Source: a virus
Strand: one strand, 5' to 3'
IMG/VR virus record: IMGVR_UViG_2799112330_000001
Span: 1 to 64,000 of that record
Length of the DNA stretch: 64,000 bases
Shown here: piece after piece, positions 15,187-23,154 of the stretch
Layout of the letters: each line of letters opens with the position of its first letter
Numbering within the stretch: the stretch's first letter is position 1
Notes under the pieces: model-generated
What the model was told of the DNA's origin: nothing
Database searches by the model: none
What the model saw: only the letters and a program-made list of their open reading frames with translations
Translations under genes and position numbers: made by a program

Positions 15187-15272
15187 GCCGTGATGGTGGA
15201 ATAGGTAGACACGAAAGACTTAAAATCTTTTGACCAGAAATGGTTGTGTGGGTTCAAGTCCCACTCGCGGTA
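15187..15272 (+). tRNA. tRNA-Leu (anticodon UAA), type II with long variable arm
   Basis: Manual cloverleaf: GCCGTGA/TCGCGGT acceptor; GTG-GAATAGGTAGA-CAC D arm; AAAGA-CTTAAAA-TCTTT anticodon arm; 17-nt variable arm; GTGGG-TTCAAGT-CCCAC T arm; discriminator A. No CCA is encoded. Confidence 0.9.
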
Positions 15273-15304
15273 CTAATATTAATAATCTTAAATTTAGTAA
15301 AATT

Positions 15305-15502
15305 ATGACACTACTTGAAAATAATTATGGTAAACTTAGATGTCCATATTGTGATTCGGTAATGAAAATTGAATCTTCTGATATTAATACAAATTATGAT
15401 AATGAATTATATATTGTTTGTCCAGTATGTGATTCAAATATATGGGTAACTGATAATATTGTTGTTAAAAGAATAAAAGATAATATATTATATCATAAAT
15501 AA
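15305..15502 (+). CDS. zinc-ribbon protein (65 aa)
   Basis: MTLLENNYGKLRCPYCDS...CPVCDS carries two CxxC pairs. The track ORF start at 15230 overlaps the tRNA and is rejected. Confidence 0.65.
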   Translation: MTLLENNYGKLRCPYCDSVMKIESSDINTNYDNELYIVCPVCDSNIWVTDNIVVKRIKDNILYHK

Positions 15503-15520
15503 TTTAAATTTGATAAAATT

Positions 15521-15667
15521 ATGTTTAAAACTAAAACTATTAAAATTATATTCACAATAGATGAATTTAAAAATCTTGTAGAGATTTTACCTACTATTTC
15601 TATATATTACAATGATAAATGTATAACATTTCGTTGGATAATATTTGAAATAAATGTATATTATTAA
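15521..15667 (+). CDS. mini-protein family member 1 (48 aa)
   Basis: MFKTKTIKIIFTIDEFKNLVEILPTISIYYNDKCITFRWIIFEINVYY shares the LP[ST]I.I.[FY]...KCI.[FI].W ... FE motif with 20441..20596 and 20627..20761. Confidence 0.55.
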   Translation: MFKTKTIKIIFTIDEFKNLVEILPTISIYYNDKCITFRWIIFEINVYY

Positions 15668-15685
15668 TCTTAAATTAATAAAATT

Positions 15686-15901
15686 ATGTCTTCTGTTATT
15701 TTTAATAAACTTATTAATCGTTGTAGATTTAAAAACATTAACGGTTTAATTTGTAAACCTATTAGTTTTAATGAATCTAAAAATGAAATAATTGTTGAAA
15801 TTACTAATCCAAATACTAATAATACTTGGAGAGAAATTTGGAATGATTTAAGTGCTGCAATTACTGCATTTCAAATTGGTGATTATTTATTTATTGATTA
15901 A
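15686..15901 (+). CDS. hypothetical protein
   Basis: 71-aa ORF. Confidence 0.6.
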   Translation: MSSVIFNKLINRCRFKNINGLICKPISFNESKNEIIVEITNPNTNNTWREIWNDLSAAITAFQIGDYLFID

Positions 15902-15913
15902 ATTATTAAAATT

Positions 15914-16097
15914 ATGACATTAAAAGAATATAAAAATAATATAGGTAGAAAAGTTACCTATATTCCCCTTTAAAGGGTGTGATCCTAAACTCTATGAAGA
16001 AGGAGTTATTACAAGTACAAACAATAAATATGCATTTGTACGTTATAATTCAGATATTAATTCTAAAGCAACTAATCCTAAAGATTTAAAATTATAA
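15914..16097 (+). CDS. small protein whose frame is broken at CUU_UAA (needs a +1 shift; alternatively pseudogene or homopolymer error)
   Basis: Frame 0 reads MTLKEYKNNIGRKVTYIPL and stops at TAA (15971-15973). The +1 frame continues KGCDPKLYEEGVITSTNNKYAFVRYNSDINSKATNPKDLKL to 16097. The break lies inside the motif copy ttcccctttaaagggtg. Confidence 0.5.
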
Positions 16098-16128
16098 ATA
16101 GTATAATTAAATAAAAATTATATAAATT

Positions 16129-16440
16129 ATGACTTCATATTCAGATATTAAAAATTTAGAATCTGGATTTTATAAAATATGTGATGCTTCGATAGTTAGA
16201 TTTGGAGGTAAAATAGGATTTAAAATAATAAATATTAATGATGATAATAGTTGTATATTTGTACAACTACATCCATTGAAAGAAAAAAGAACTCCAGGTG
16301 AAGAAGTATCATCAAAAGATATAAATGAAGGATTTAATGTTTGTTTATGTTTTGACAATATAAAAAGTATTGATAGCTTTATTGGATGTCTAAATGAAGC
16401 TAAACAATATTTAAATATTCGTAAAAACAATAACAAATAA
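16129..16440 (+). CDS. hypothetical protein
   Basis: 103-aa ORF. Confidence 0.7.
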   Translation: MTSYSDIKNLESGFYKICDASIVRFGGKIGFKIININDDNSCIFVQLHPLKEKRTPGEEVSSKDINEGFNVCLCFDNIKSIDSFIGCLNEAKQYLNIRKNNNK

Positions 16441-16450
16441 TTTAATAATT

Positions 16451-16522
16451 GCTGCCATCGTATAACGGTTAGTACTCAAGATTTTCATTCTTGCAATCCG
16501 AGTTCGATTCTCGGTGGCAGTA
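16451..16522 (+). tRNA. tRNA-Glu (anticodon UUC)
   Basis: Manual cloverleaf: GCTGCCA/TGGCAGT acceptor; GTAT-AACGGTTA-GTAC D arm; CAAGA-TTTTCAT-TCTTG anticodon arm; 4-nt variable loop; CCGAG-TTCGATT-CTCGG T arm; discriminator A. Confidence 0.9.
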
Positions 16523-16523
16523 C

Positions 16524-16548
16524 AAAGGATGCTTATAGCATCCGTTTG
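16524..16548 (+). terminator. hairpin directly after tRNA-Glu
   Basis: GGATGCT (16527-16533), loop TAT, then AGCATCC (16537-16543), followed by GTTTG. Confidence 0.5.
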
Positions 16549-16572
16549 CAAATCAAACATATATTTGAATTG

Positions 16573-16606
16573 ACTACTCTTGCTTGTGAAAGTAGGAGTA
16601 GTTTTT
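16573..16606 (+). terminator. intrinsic terminator
   Basis: ACTACTCT(T) (16573-16581) pairs with AGGAGTAGT (16594-16602), followed by TTTTT. Confidence 0.55.
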
Positions 16607-16626
16607 ATCTTAAAATTAATAATATT

Positions 16627-16770
16627 ATGGAAAGAGAAATAGGAACACGATTTTGGGTTAATGATAAACTATATGAAATAGTTGAACAAAAGAATGAAAG
16701 TTGTAAAAAATGTTGTTTTTATAATGATTGTACTATTGAATTAATAAAAAAAACGTGTAGGTTTTTGTAA
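16627..16770 (+). CDS. small Cys-rich hypothetical protein (47 aa)
   Basis: The start is taken at MEREIGTRFWVNDKLYEIVEQKNESCKKCCFYNDC..., because the track start at 16546 overlaps the two terminator hairpins. Confidence 0.5.
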   Translation: MEREIGTRFWVNDKLYEIVEQKNESCKKCCFYNDCTIELIKKTCRFL

Positions 16771-16841
16771 TGCTATATTTAGAACTGACAAAAAGAATAT
16801 AATAGTCAAATGCGTAATGTAATAAGGAAAATATTAATTTT

Positions 16842-16860
16842 AAAAGCTATTTTTAGCTTT
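16842..16860. repeat. AAAGCTA-N5-TAGCTTT palindrome element, copy A
   Basis: aaaagctatttttagcttt, followed by aaatttttattcgacttgct. Related copies are at 31558 and 37115. Confidence 0.6.
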
Positions 16861-16986
16861 ATAATAAATTTTTATTCGACTTGCTTACATTTATACATAT
16901 TTGCATAAACTTGTCTTATATGGCTCATATTGAATCGATTTGGTACAATATTGTACAACATTGTATAACAATAAAATAATACAATT

Positions 16987-17226
16987 ATGGAAATTAAAAC
17001 AAAATATAATATAGGAGATCAAGTATGTACATTATATTGCGATAGAATAGTATATGGAGCTATTACTCGTATTGAAATTAGAATTGATTATGATTCTAAT
17101 ATACAAATTAAATATTTTGTACAAAATATGACTTATATAGGAGAAAATGTATTTTTTCAAGAACATAAAATATTTAAAACAAAAGAAGAATTACTAGAAA
17201 AATTACATAAAAATGATTCTTTATAA
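16987..17226 (+). CDS. hypothetical protein
   Basis: 79-aa ORF. Confidence 0.65.
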   Translation: MEIKTKYNIGDQVCTLYCDRIVYGAITRIEIRIDYDSNIQIKYFVQNMTYIGENVFFQEHKIFKTKEELLEKLHKNDSL

Positions 17227-17256
17227 TATTAATAATAAAATAATACATCTATAAAT

Positions 17257-17505
17257 ATGAAAACTGTTAGTATTCGTTATATAGTAGATGATTCTACATA
17301 TACTATGCAATTTAAAACAGATGATAATTGCGATTCATTTAATATTAATCAACTTAAAAAAATAATTGCTAAAGATATATTAGATAATAAACTAAACATT
17401 TCTATTGATAATAAACATATTCATTTAAAAAGTAATATAATAAATATATTAGTTAAAGAAATTAAAATAATTAATTTAACTATTTTACCTTTTAATGATA
17501 ATTAA
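17257..17505 (+). CDS. hypothetical protein
   Basis: 82-aa ORF. Its N-terminus resembles that of the next ORF. Confidence 0.65.
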   Translation: MKTVSIRYIVDDSTYTMQFKTDDNCDSFNINQLKKIIAKDILDNKLNISIDNKHIHLKSNIINILVKEIKIINLTILPFNDN

Positions 17506-17508
17506 TCT

Positions 17509-17829
17509 ATGATTACACTTTCTATAAATTATACCTTAAATGGTAAAAGTTATAACAATGAAATTAGAACTAAAGGCTCTTTTAGTATAGATAGTATTAA
17601 AAGAGAAATTTGTTCAATTTTAATGTTTGACGAAATAAATCCTGATGAAGGTATTCGTGAAAATATTGTAGAAGATATTCATCAATTAATTATGAATAAT
17701 ATAATTATTCAATCTATTGATATTAAACATATAAAAATTGATGAAAAACATCTTATAGAAACTACAATAGAAAAAGATGTATTAGATCATCCATCTGAAT
17801 ACAATATTTGTATAAAATACAATAAATAA
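17509..17829 (+). CDS. hypothetical protein
   Basis: 106-aa ORF. Confidence 0.65.
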   Translation: MITLSINYTLNGKSYNNEIRTKGSFSIDSIKREICSILMFDEINPDEGIRENIVEDIHQLIMNNIIIQSIDIKHIKIDEKHLIETTIEKDVLDHPSEYNICIKYNK

Positions 17830-17859
17830 TTTTTATTAACAATTAAATCTTGTAAAGTA

Positions 17860-18246
17860 ATGGCTAAAAAACATTATGATGAAAAGAGAGTTCTCAATGA
17901 ACTTACTCGCAAAGGTGTTGATTTAAGTTTCAGCACACGTTTGATTACAGTTAACACTTCTAATGGAAATGTAGGTATTCATTCATGGGGAAAGATTGAT
18001 TTCCTTGTAAAACATTGCGATTGGCATTGTATTTGTAAATCTTCTGAAGAGTTAAAACAAGAAAAAGTTGATGCTCAAAAAGAATACAATGCAAACAAAA
18101 AAGCAGCTAAACTTAAAGCTAAAGAAGAAAAGCTAAAAGATGCTGCTAAAAAAGAAAATGTTAATTCTCCTATTAAAAAAGGAGTAATTAAAGCAGGAAA
18201 AAACATGTTTAAAACTTTAAAAAGTATTAAAACTGTTAAAAAATGA
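17860..18246 (+). CDS. hypothetical protein with Lys-rich C-terminal tail
   Basis: 128 aa. The tail is NANKKAAKLKAKEEKLKDAAKKEN...KTLKSIKTVKK. Confidence 0.75.
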   Translation: MAKKHYDEKRVLNELTRKGVDLSFSTRLITVNTSNGNVGIHSWGKIDFLVKHCDWHCICKSSEELKQEKVDAQKEYNANKKAAKLKAKEEKLKDAAKKENVNSPIKKGVIKAGKNMFKTLKSIKTVKK

Positions 18247-18758
18247 GCAAAATAACTTTTTCTTTTACAGTACCTCATAGAACAAGTACTGCAAAATCTA
18301 AAAGAAATAATGCAAATCACTCTGCCAAGATAATTGACGGAGTGATTTGCATTGATGAAAATGCTAATTATTCTGTAAAAAGTCTATGTAGTAATGGAGA
18401 ATTAAAAACTTATAATATTTCTAAGTCTTCCTATAGTTGTAAAAATAAAGAAGTAATATATCGTTTTAATGAAGGAGAAAGAGGTATAATGCAATTATGG
18501 CGTCCAAGTATACATCTTTCAGAAAGTGTTTATAATTTTAAACCTTTTGCTCCAGGCGTAATAGTTGAAGGATATTTAATTAAAGATTCTAATTTAGAAG
18601 ATGTTATAGAAATAATTAAAATTCATAATATTATAGATGATGATAAAAATTTATATAATAAATATTATAATACATGTAAAGCAGTAAAAAGTTTTTATAA
18701 TGATAATTGGAAAACTATTCATAATTCTTATGAAATGAAATATGGAAATGCAAAATAG
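18243..18758 (+). CDS. hypothetical protein
   Basis: 171-aa ORF with an ATGA overlap with the upstream gene. Confidence 0.75.
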   Translation: MSKITFSFTVPHRTSTAKSKRNNANHSAKIIDGVICIDENANYSVKSLCSNGELKTYNISKSSYSCKNKEVIYRFNEGERGIMQLWRPSIHLSESVYNFKPFAPGVIVEGYLIKDSNLEDVIEIIKIHNIIDDDKNLYNKYYNTCKAVKSFYNDNWKTIHNSYEMKYGNAK

Positions 18759-20211
18759 TATTGTCCCTTTACGGGGGAACAATAATAATTCAATAACATT
18801 CACAAAAGGTCAAGAAATAGCAGTTAAAGAAATACTTAACTTCCTTACTGAACCTTTTGATAAAGCTAAATTTATAGCTGGATTAATAGGTGCAGGTGGA
18901 GTAGGTAAAACATTTGTTATAAAATATATATTAGCAAATTGTAATTATTCTAAAAGTGTAATAACTTGTTGTAGTACAACTCATAAAGCTTGTAGAGTAT
19001 TCTATGAAGCTTTAAATGGACTTTATCAAGTATATACAATTCAAAGTACATTTGGTTTTAGAATGGATTTAAAACTTGAAGATTTTAATCCAAATAATCC
19101 ACAATTTGCTCCAAAAGCTACTCCTAAAATAGATGATACTAAAATTTTAATTGTTGATGAAGCAAGTATGATACCTGCAAGTTTAGTTGGATATATTAGA
19201 AAAGTTTGTATTGAAAAAGAAATTAAAATTTTATTTGTTGGTGATAACGATCAATTACCTCCAGCTAAACAATTAAAAAGTACAGCATTTGATATTTGTT
19301 TTAAAAAGTTTGTTTTAAATGAAATTGTAAGACAAGGTGTAAAAAATCCTATTTTAGGACTATTAGATATGTTAAGATATGATATTGAAAATAATACTAA
19401 TAGATTTATAAGATATTTAACAACTAATATAGGAACAATGAATTATAATGAAAATAATGAAGGTTATTGTATATTAAATAGACAAGAATTTACTCAAGCT
19501 GTAGTAAATAAATTTAGTAATCCAGATTATTCTAAAAATATTGATTTATATAGAATGATAACTTATACAAATGATGCTGTACAATCATGGAATGATTTTA
19601 TTAGAAATATTATAGTAATTGATTCAGAAAAAAATATATTAACAAAACATGATTTATTAATGGCATATGAAACTATTGTAGATGATTATCAAAGTCCTAT
19701 AATAATTAATAGTGAAGAATATATTGTAAATGAAATAGTAAATTATATAGATAATACTTATAAATTTAAAGGATTTAATGTACGTCTTCAAGCAATACAT
19801 GGTGGAAAAATAACTACACCAATGTTTATTATAGATCATAGAGATAGATATACAATGTTAAAATATCATGAAATTGTAAGTTCTCTTATAAAAGATGCTA
19901 AATCTTCTAGTATAGGTGTTCGTTCTGCAAAATGGAAAAAGTATTTTGATTTTAAACGTAAATATCTTTTACTTAAAAATGTTAAAAATGCTTTAGGAGA
20001 ATTACTTTATGATAGAGATTTAGATTATGGTTTTGCTATAACCTCTCATAAATCTCAAGGAAGTACTTATGGTTGTGTATTTGTTGATTGTATGGATATG
20101 ATTTATGATAAACGTGGATTACCTTATACATTAACAAGTGATTTACTTAAACGACTTTATGTTGCTTGTAGTAGAGCAAAAACAGAATTAATACTTTGTT
20201 ATGGAAGATAA
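18742..20211 (+). CDS. SF1 DNA helicase (Dda/RecD-like)
   Basis: Motifs are Walker A GAGGVGKTF, Walker B LIVDEASM, VGDNDQLPP, ITSHKSQGSTY and YVACSRAK. Confidence 0.85.
   Translation: MEMQNSIVPLRGNNNNSITFTKGQEIAVKEILNFLTEPFDKAKFIAGLIGAGGVGKTFVIKYILANCNYSKSVITCCSTTHKACRVFYEALNGLYQVYTIQSTFGFRMDLKLEDFNPNNPQFAPKATPKIDDTKILIVDEASMIPASLVGYIRKVCIEKEIKILFVGDNDQLPPAKQLKSTAFDICFKKFVLNEIVRQGVKNPILGLLDMLRYDIENNTNRFIRYLTTNIGTMNYNENNEGYCILNRQEFTQAVVNKFSNPDYSKNIDLYRMITYTNDAVQSWNDFIRNIIVIDSEKNILTKHDLLMAYETIVDDYQSPIIINSEEYIVNEIVNYIDNTYKFKGFNVRLQAIHGGKITTPMFIIDHRDRYTMLKYHEIVSSLIKDAKSSSIGVRSAKWKKYFDFKRKYLLLKNVKNALGELLYDRDLDYGFAITSHKSQGSTYGCVFVDCMDMIYDKRGLPYTLTSDLLKRLYVACSRAKTELILCYGR
18761..18782. repeat. dispersed motif copy (TTGTCCCTTTACGGGGGAACAA)
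   Basis: Located at the junction of 18243..18758 and the helicase gene, where it is read as VPLRGN. Confidence 0.6.
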
Positions 20212-20437
20212 TTATTATTATCCAATATTTGCTTTTAATGCAGATGGAGGAGGAAGATATGGAATAATATTAGTTGCTGCTAAAAATGAAAAAGAAGCAT
20301 TTGATTATTTAATGACCACTAGATATTCTAAATTATATCAAATTAGATTTGAAAAGAAAGCTATTAATTTATATAATTATGAAGAAAATGAATTAAAAGA
20401 GCCAAAGATAGTATTTAAAAATTTTATTGAAATTTAA
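20201..20437 (+). CDS. hypothetical protein
   Basis: 78-aa ORF. Confidence 0.65.
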   Translation: MEDNYYYPIFAFNADGGGRYGIILVAAKNEKEAFDYLMTTRYSKLYQIRFEKKAINLYNYEENELKEPKIVFKNFIEI

Positions 20438-20440
20438 ATT

Positions 20441-20596
20441 ATGAAAATAAGAACTTTTTGTGAATGGAGGCGATTTAGTTTGCTTGAAGGAGAACGTGAT
20501 TGCTATATATTGCCTTCTATAATAATAAATTTTAATTTAAAATGTATTGTATTTTGTTGGTTATATTTAACATTTGAAATAGATATTTTAAAATAA
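20441..20596 (+). CDS. mini-protein family member 2 (51 aa)
   Basis: MKIRTFCEWRRFSLLEGERDCYILPSIIINFNLKCIVFCWLYLTFEIDILK falls below the track cutoff. Confidence 0.5.
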   Translation: MKIRTFCEWRRFSLLEGERDCYILPSIIINFNLKCIVFCWLYLTFEIDILK

Positions 20597-20626
20597 TATT
20601 TTATTAAAATTTAAAATTATAATAAT

Positions 20627-20761
20627 ATGGAAACTTATTTTGTAAATAACTGGGAAAATAAAGATTTTCTTTTACTTCCTACAATAGAAATAGATTTTAA
20701 AGAAAAATGTATTGGAATAGGTTGGTTATATTGGGGAATTGTATTTGAATTTAATGGTTAA
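20627..20761 (+). CDS. mini-protein family member 3 (44 aa)
   Basis: METYFVNNWENKDFLLLPTIEIDFKEKCIGIGWLYWGIVFEFNG. Its stop is 2 nt before the polB ATG. Confidence 0.5.
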   Translation: METYFVNNWENKDFLLLPTIEIDFKEKCIGIGWLYWGIVFEFNG

Positions 20762-20763
20762 TT

Positions 20764-23154
20764 ATGACTAAAGCATGGGCATACGATGTGGAAGTTCTTC
20801 CTAATTTCTTTTCTATTACAATAGTTGATTTAAATGATTATTTAAAAATATTTGAAGATTGTTGTAATATAAATAAAAAAGGAAATAGAGAAAATATTCC
20901 ACTAATACAAAAACTTTCTGTAAATGAAATTAAATCTAGGCTAGATAAAGTTAAAAAATATAAATTTTGGATTAGTGATTTTGACGATAGTATGCTTTTG
21001 CCAATGATGCAACATTTAAATAATTTACAGCCTAGATTTACAGATGAAAAACATACTGATGTTATAAAAAATCATATGTTTGGATATAATAATAATGGAT
21101 ATGATAAACTGATGATTGCTGCTTTATTTATGTACTATAATAATACTAATAATACTAAAGAATTAATTTATAAACTTTATGAAACATCAAAACATATTAT
21201 TGAATTTCAAAGTAATAAAGAATTAGCAAGAACTGATTATTTACTAAATCAATTAAAAAATTATTCTTTGCCATACACAGATATTGATGTAATGACTATT
21301 TTTGCATTAAATAAATGTGGTAAATATACTGATAAAGATGGAAATACTCAATATTTTCCAAAAAGTCTTAAGCAAACTAGTATAAATCTACAATGGTATG
21401 AACTTCTTGAACATGAATTACCACCTATTGGAAAAGCAGATATAAATTTATATCATAAAATACCTAAATATAAAAATTTTACTATAGATGAATTAAATAG
21501 ATTAATTGGCAAATGGGATAGACTTATGTTGCCAGAATGGATAGATGATGTAATGTATTATAATACTAATGATGTATTTATAGTTTGTGAAATTGTACGA
21601 TTGTATACAGACGAAATATCTTCAAGATATAGTATTTCTAAAGCATTTAATGTAAACGTATTATCTTCTTCTAGAAGTAATATTGGAGATGTTATATTTG
21701 AAAAATTATATAGTGATAATAGCGGTCTTCAACCATATCAATGGAAAGGAAAGAAAACTGAAAGAAATAGATTTAGTTTTAAAAAGATTATTTTTCCTTT
21801 TATAAATTTTAAAACAAAAGTTCTTCAAGATTTACTTGAAGAAATGAAAACCATAACTATTTATAATATAGGTAAATCAGCATTTGTTAGAACTGTACGA
21901 TTAGGAAGTTTAGACTATACTATTGCTACTGGTGGATTACATAGTAAAGATACACCAAGAAAGTTAGTTAGTTTTATAAAAGGAAAAACTGATAATTATA
22001 TTGATGAAGACGGCAATCTTATTTGGGAAAATTTAACTGATGATTCTTATGTTTATATACATTATGATATCACTAGTTTTTATCCTAGTATAATGATTGC
22101 TTATGAAATACATCCAGAACATTTAGATAAAGTTGCATTTAGAAATACAGTATTTTATTGTAAAGATACTCGTGTACGAGCAAAACATAGTGAAGAAGAA
22201 TTAATAGATGGAATACCAAAAGATGTATTAGCTCTTGTATTAAAAATTGTCATAAATTCTATATATGGAAAATTTGGTTATGAATTTGGTGAATTATATG
22301 ATAGACTTGCAACTTTACAAGTTACTATAAATGGACAACTTATGATTATGATGCTATGTGAAGAACTTACTCTTAATGGTATTGAAGTTGTAAGTGCTAA
22401 TACTGATGGCATAGTTGTAAAATTACCAGTAACCAAAAAGAAAGAATTTGATAAAATTACTAAAAATTGGGAAAGTATAACAAAAATGAAAGCCGATTCT
22501 GAAGAATATAGAAGATATGTATGTAGAGATATTAATAATTATGCTGCAGAAGAAATTAATAAAAAAGTTGATTCAAAAGGTGATTATAATCCATTAATGT
22601 ATGCTGTAGATTTAACTAAAGGATATGATGCTCCTATTGTTAGTAAAGCAGCATATGATTATTTGTTATATGATAAACCAATTTTAGATACTTTATATGA
22701 AGCTACTAATATTCTTGATTTTTGTAAAACTCAAAATATTGGTAAAAATTGGATTTGTGTATATAGTGATGAAACTGGTCAACATATAATTCAAAGAAAT
22801 AATAGATTTTATGTATCAACTGTTGGAGGAATTATAGAAAAAGTAGAAAAAGATAGTCCAGACGTAGATTGTTATATAAATGAAGAAGGAATATTGATTA
22901 ATGGAAGCGGAAGAAGAACTAATTTATGTGCTGGACAAAAAGTTAAAATTCTAAATACACTCGATGATTTAGATATTTCTATACGTAATATAAGTTATAA
23001 TTATTATTATAATGAAGTATTAAAACTTGTAGATCCAATTATATTAGGAATTGCTGTAAATCAAAAAGCTGATCCTAATAAAAAGCTTAAAAGTGGTAAA
23101 AATATTATTAAAAAATATAGTGGATTAAATAATAGTTTGTTTGATGACGCCTAA
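20764..23154 (+). CDS. polB: DNA polymerase, family B
   Basis: Exo motifs are YDVEVLPN, NNNGYDKLM and YYNTNDV. Pol motif A is DITSFYPS, motif B is KIVINSIYGKFG, and motif C is SANTDGIVV. Confidence 0.9.
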   Translation: MTKAWAYDVEVLPNFFSITIVDLNDYLKIFEDCCNINKKGNRENIPLIQKLSVNEIKSRLDKVKKYKFWISDFDDSMLLPMMQHLNNLQPRFTDEKHTDVIKNHMFGYNNNGYDKLMIAALFMYYNNTNNTKELIYKLYETSKHIIEFQSNKELARTDYLLNQLKNYSLPYTDIDVMTIFALNKCGKYTDKDGNTQYFPKSLKQTSINLQWYELLEHELPPIGKADINLYHKIPKYKNFTIDELNRLIGKWDRLMLPEWIDDVMYYNTNDVFIVCEIVRLYTDEISSRYSISKAFNVNVLSSSRSNIGDVIFEKLYSDNSGLQPYQWKGKKTERNRFSFKKIIFPFINFKTKVLQDLLEEMKTITIYNIGKSAFVRTVRLGSLDYTIATGGLHSKDTPRKLVSFIKGKTDNYIDEDGNLIWENLTDDSYVYIHYDITSFYPSIMIAYEIHPEHLDKVAFRNTVFYCKDTRVRAKHSEEELIDGIPKDVLALVLKIVINSIYGKFGYEFGELYDRLATLQVTINGQLMIMMLCEELTLNGIEVVSANTDGIVVKLPVTKKKEFDKITKNWESITKMKADSEEYRRYVCRDINNYAAEEINKKVDSKGDYNPLMYAVDLTKGYDAPIVSKAAYDYLLYDKPILDTLYEATNILDFCKTQNIGKNWICVYSDETGQHIIQRNNRFYVSTVGGIIEKVEKDSPDVDCYINEEGILINGSGRRTNLCAGQKVKILNTLDDLDISIRNISYNYYYNEVLKLVDPIILGIAVNQKADPNKKLKSGKNIIKKYSGLNNSLFDDA

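Noticed and set aside
15230-15304. N-terminal extension of the zinc-ribbon ORF (track start 15230).
   Set aside because: The extension overlaps the 3' half of tRNA-Leu. The internal ATG at 15305 gives a compact zinc-ribbon protein.
15187-16522. Suppressor tRNAs or stop-codon reassignment, which is known in some crAss-like lineages.
   Set aside because: The anticodons are UAA (Leu) and UUC (Glu), not CUA, UCA or UUA. ORFs of 2-14 kb are uninterrupted under the standard code.
16546-16626. N-terminal extension of the 16627-16770 ORF, together with the minus-strand ORF 16170-16436.
   Set aside because: The extension runs through two terminator hairpins that follow tRNA-Glu. The minus-strand ORF is antisense to 16129-16440.
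20764-23154. Intron or intein interruption of polB, and likewise of terL or the giant genes.
   Set aside because: The reading frames are continuous, and the polymerase motifs occur in normal order and spacing. I saw no intein-like insert between motifs, although short in-frame inserts cannot be excluded by eye.
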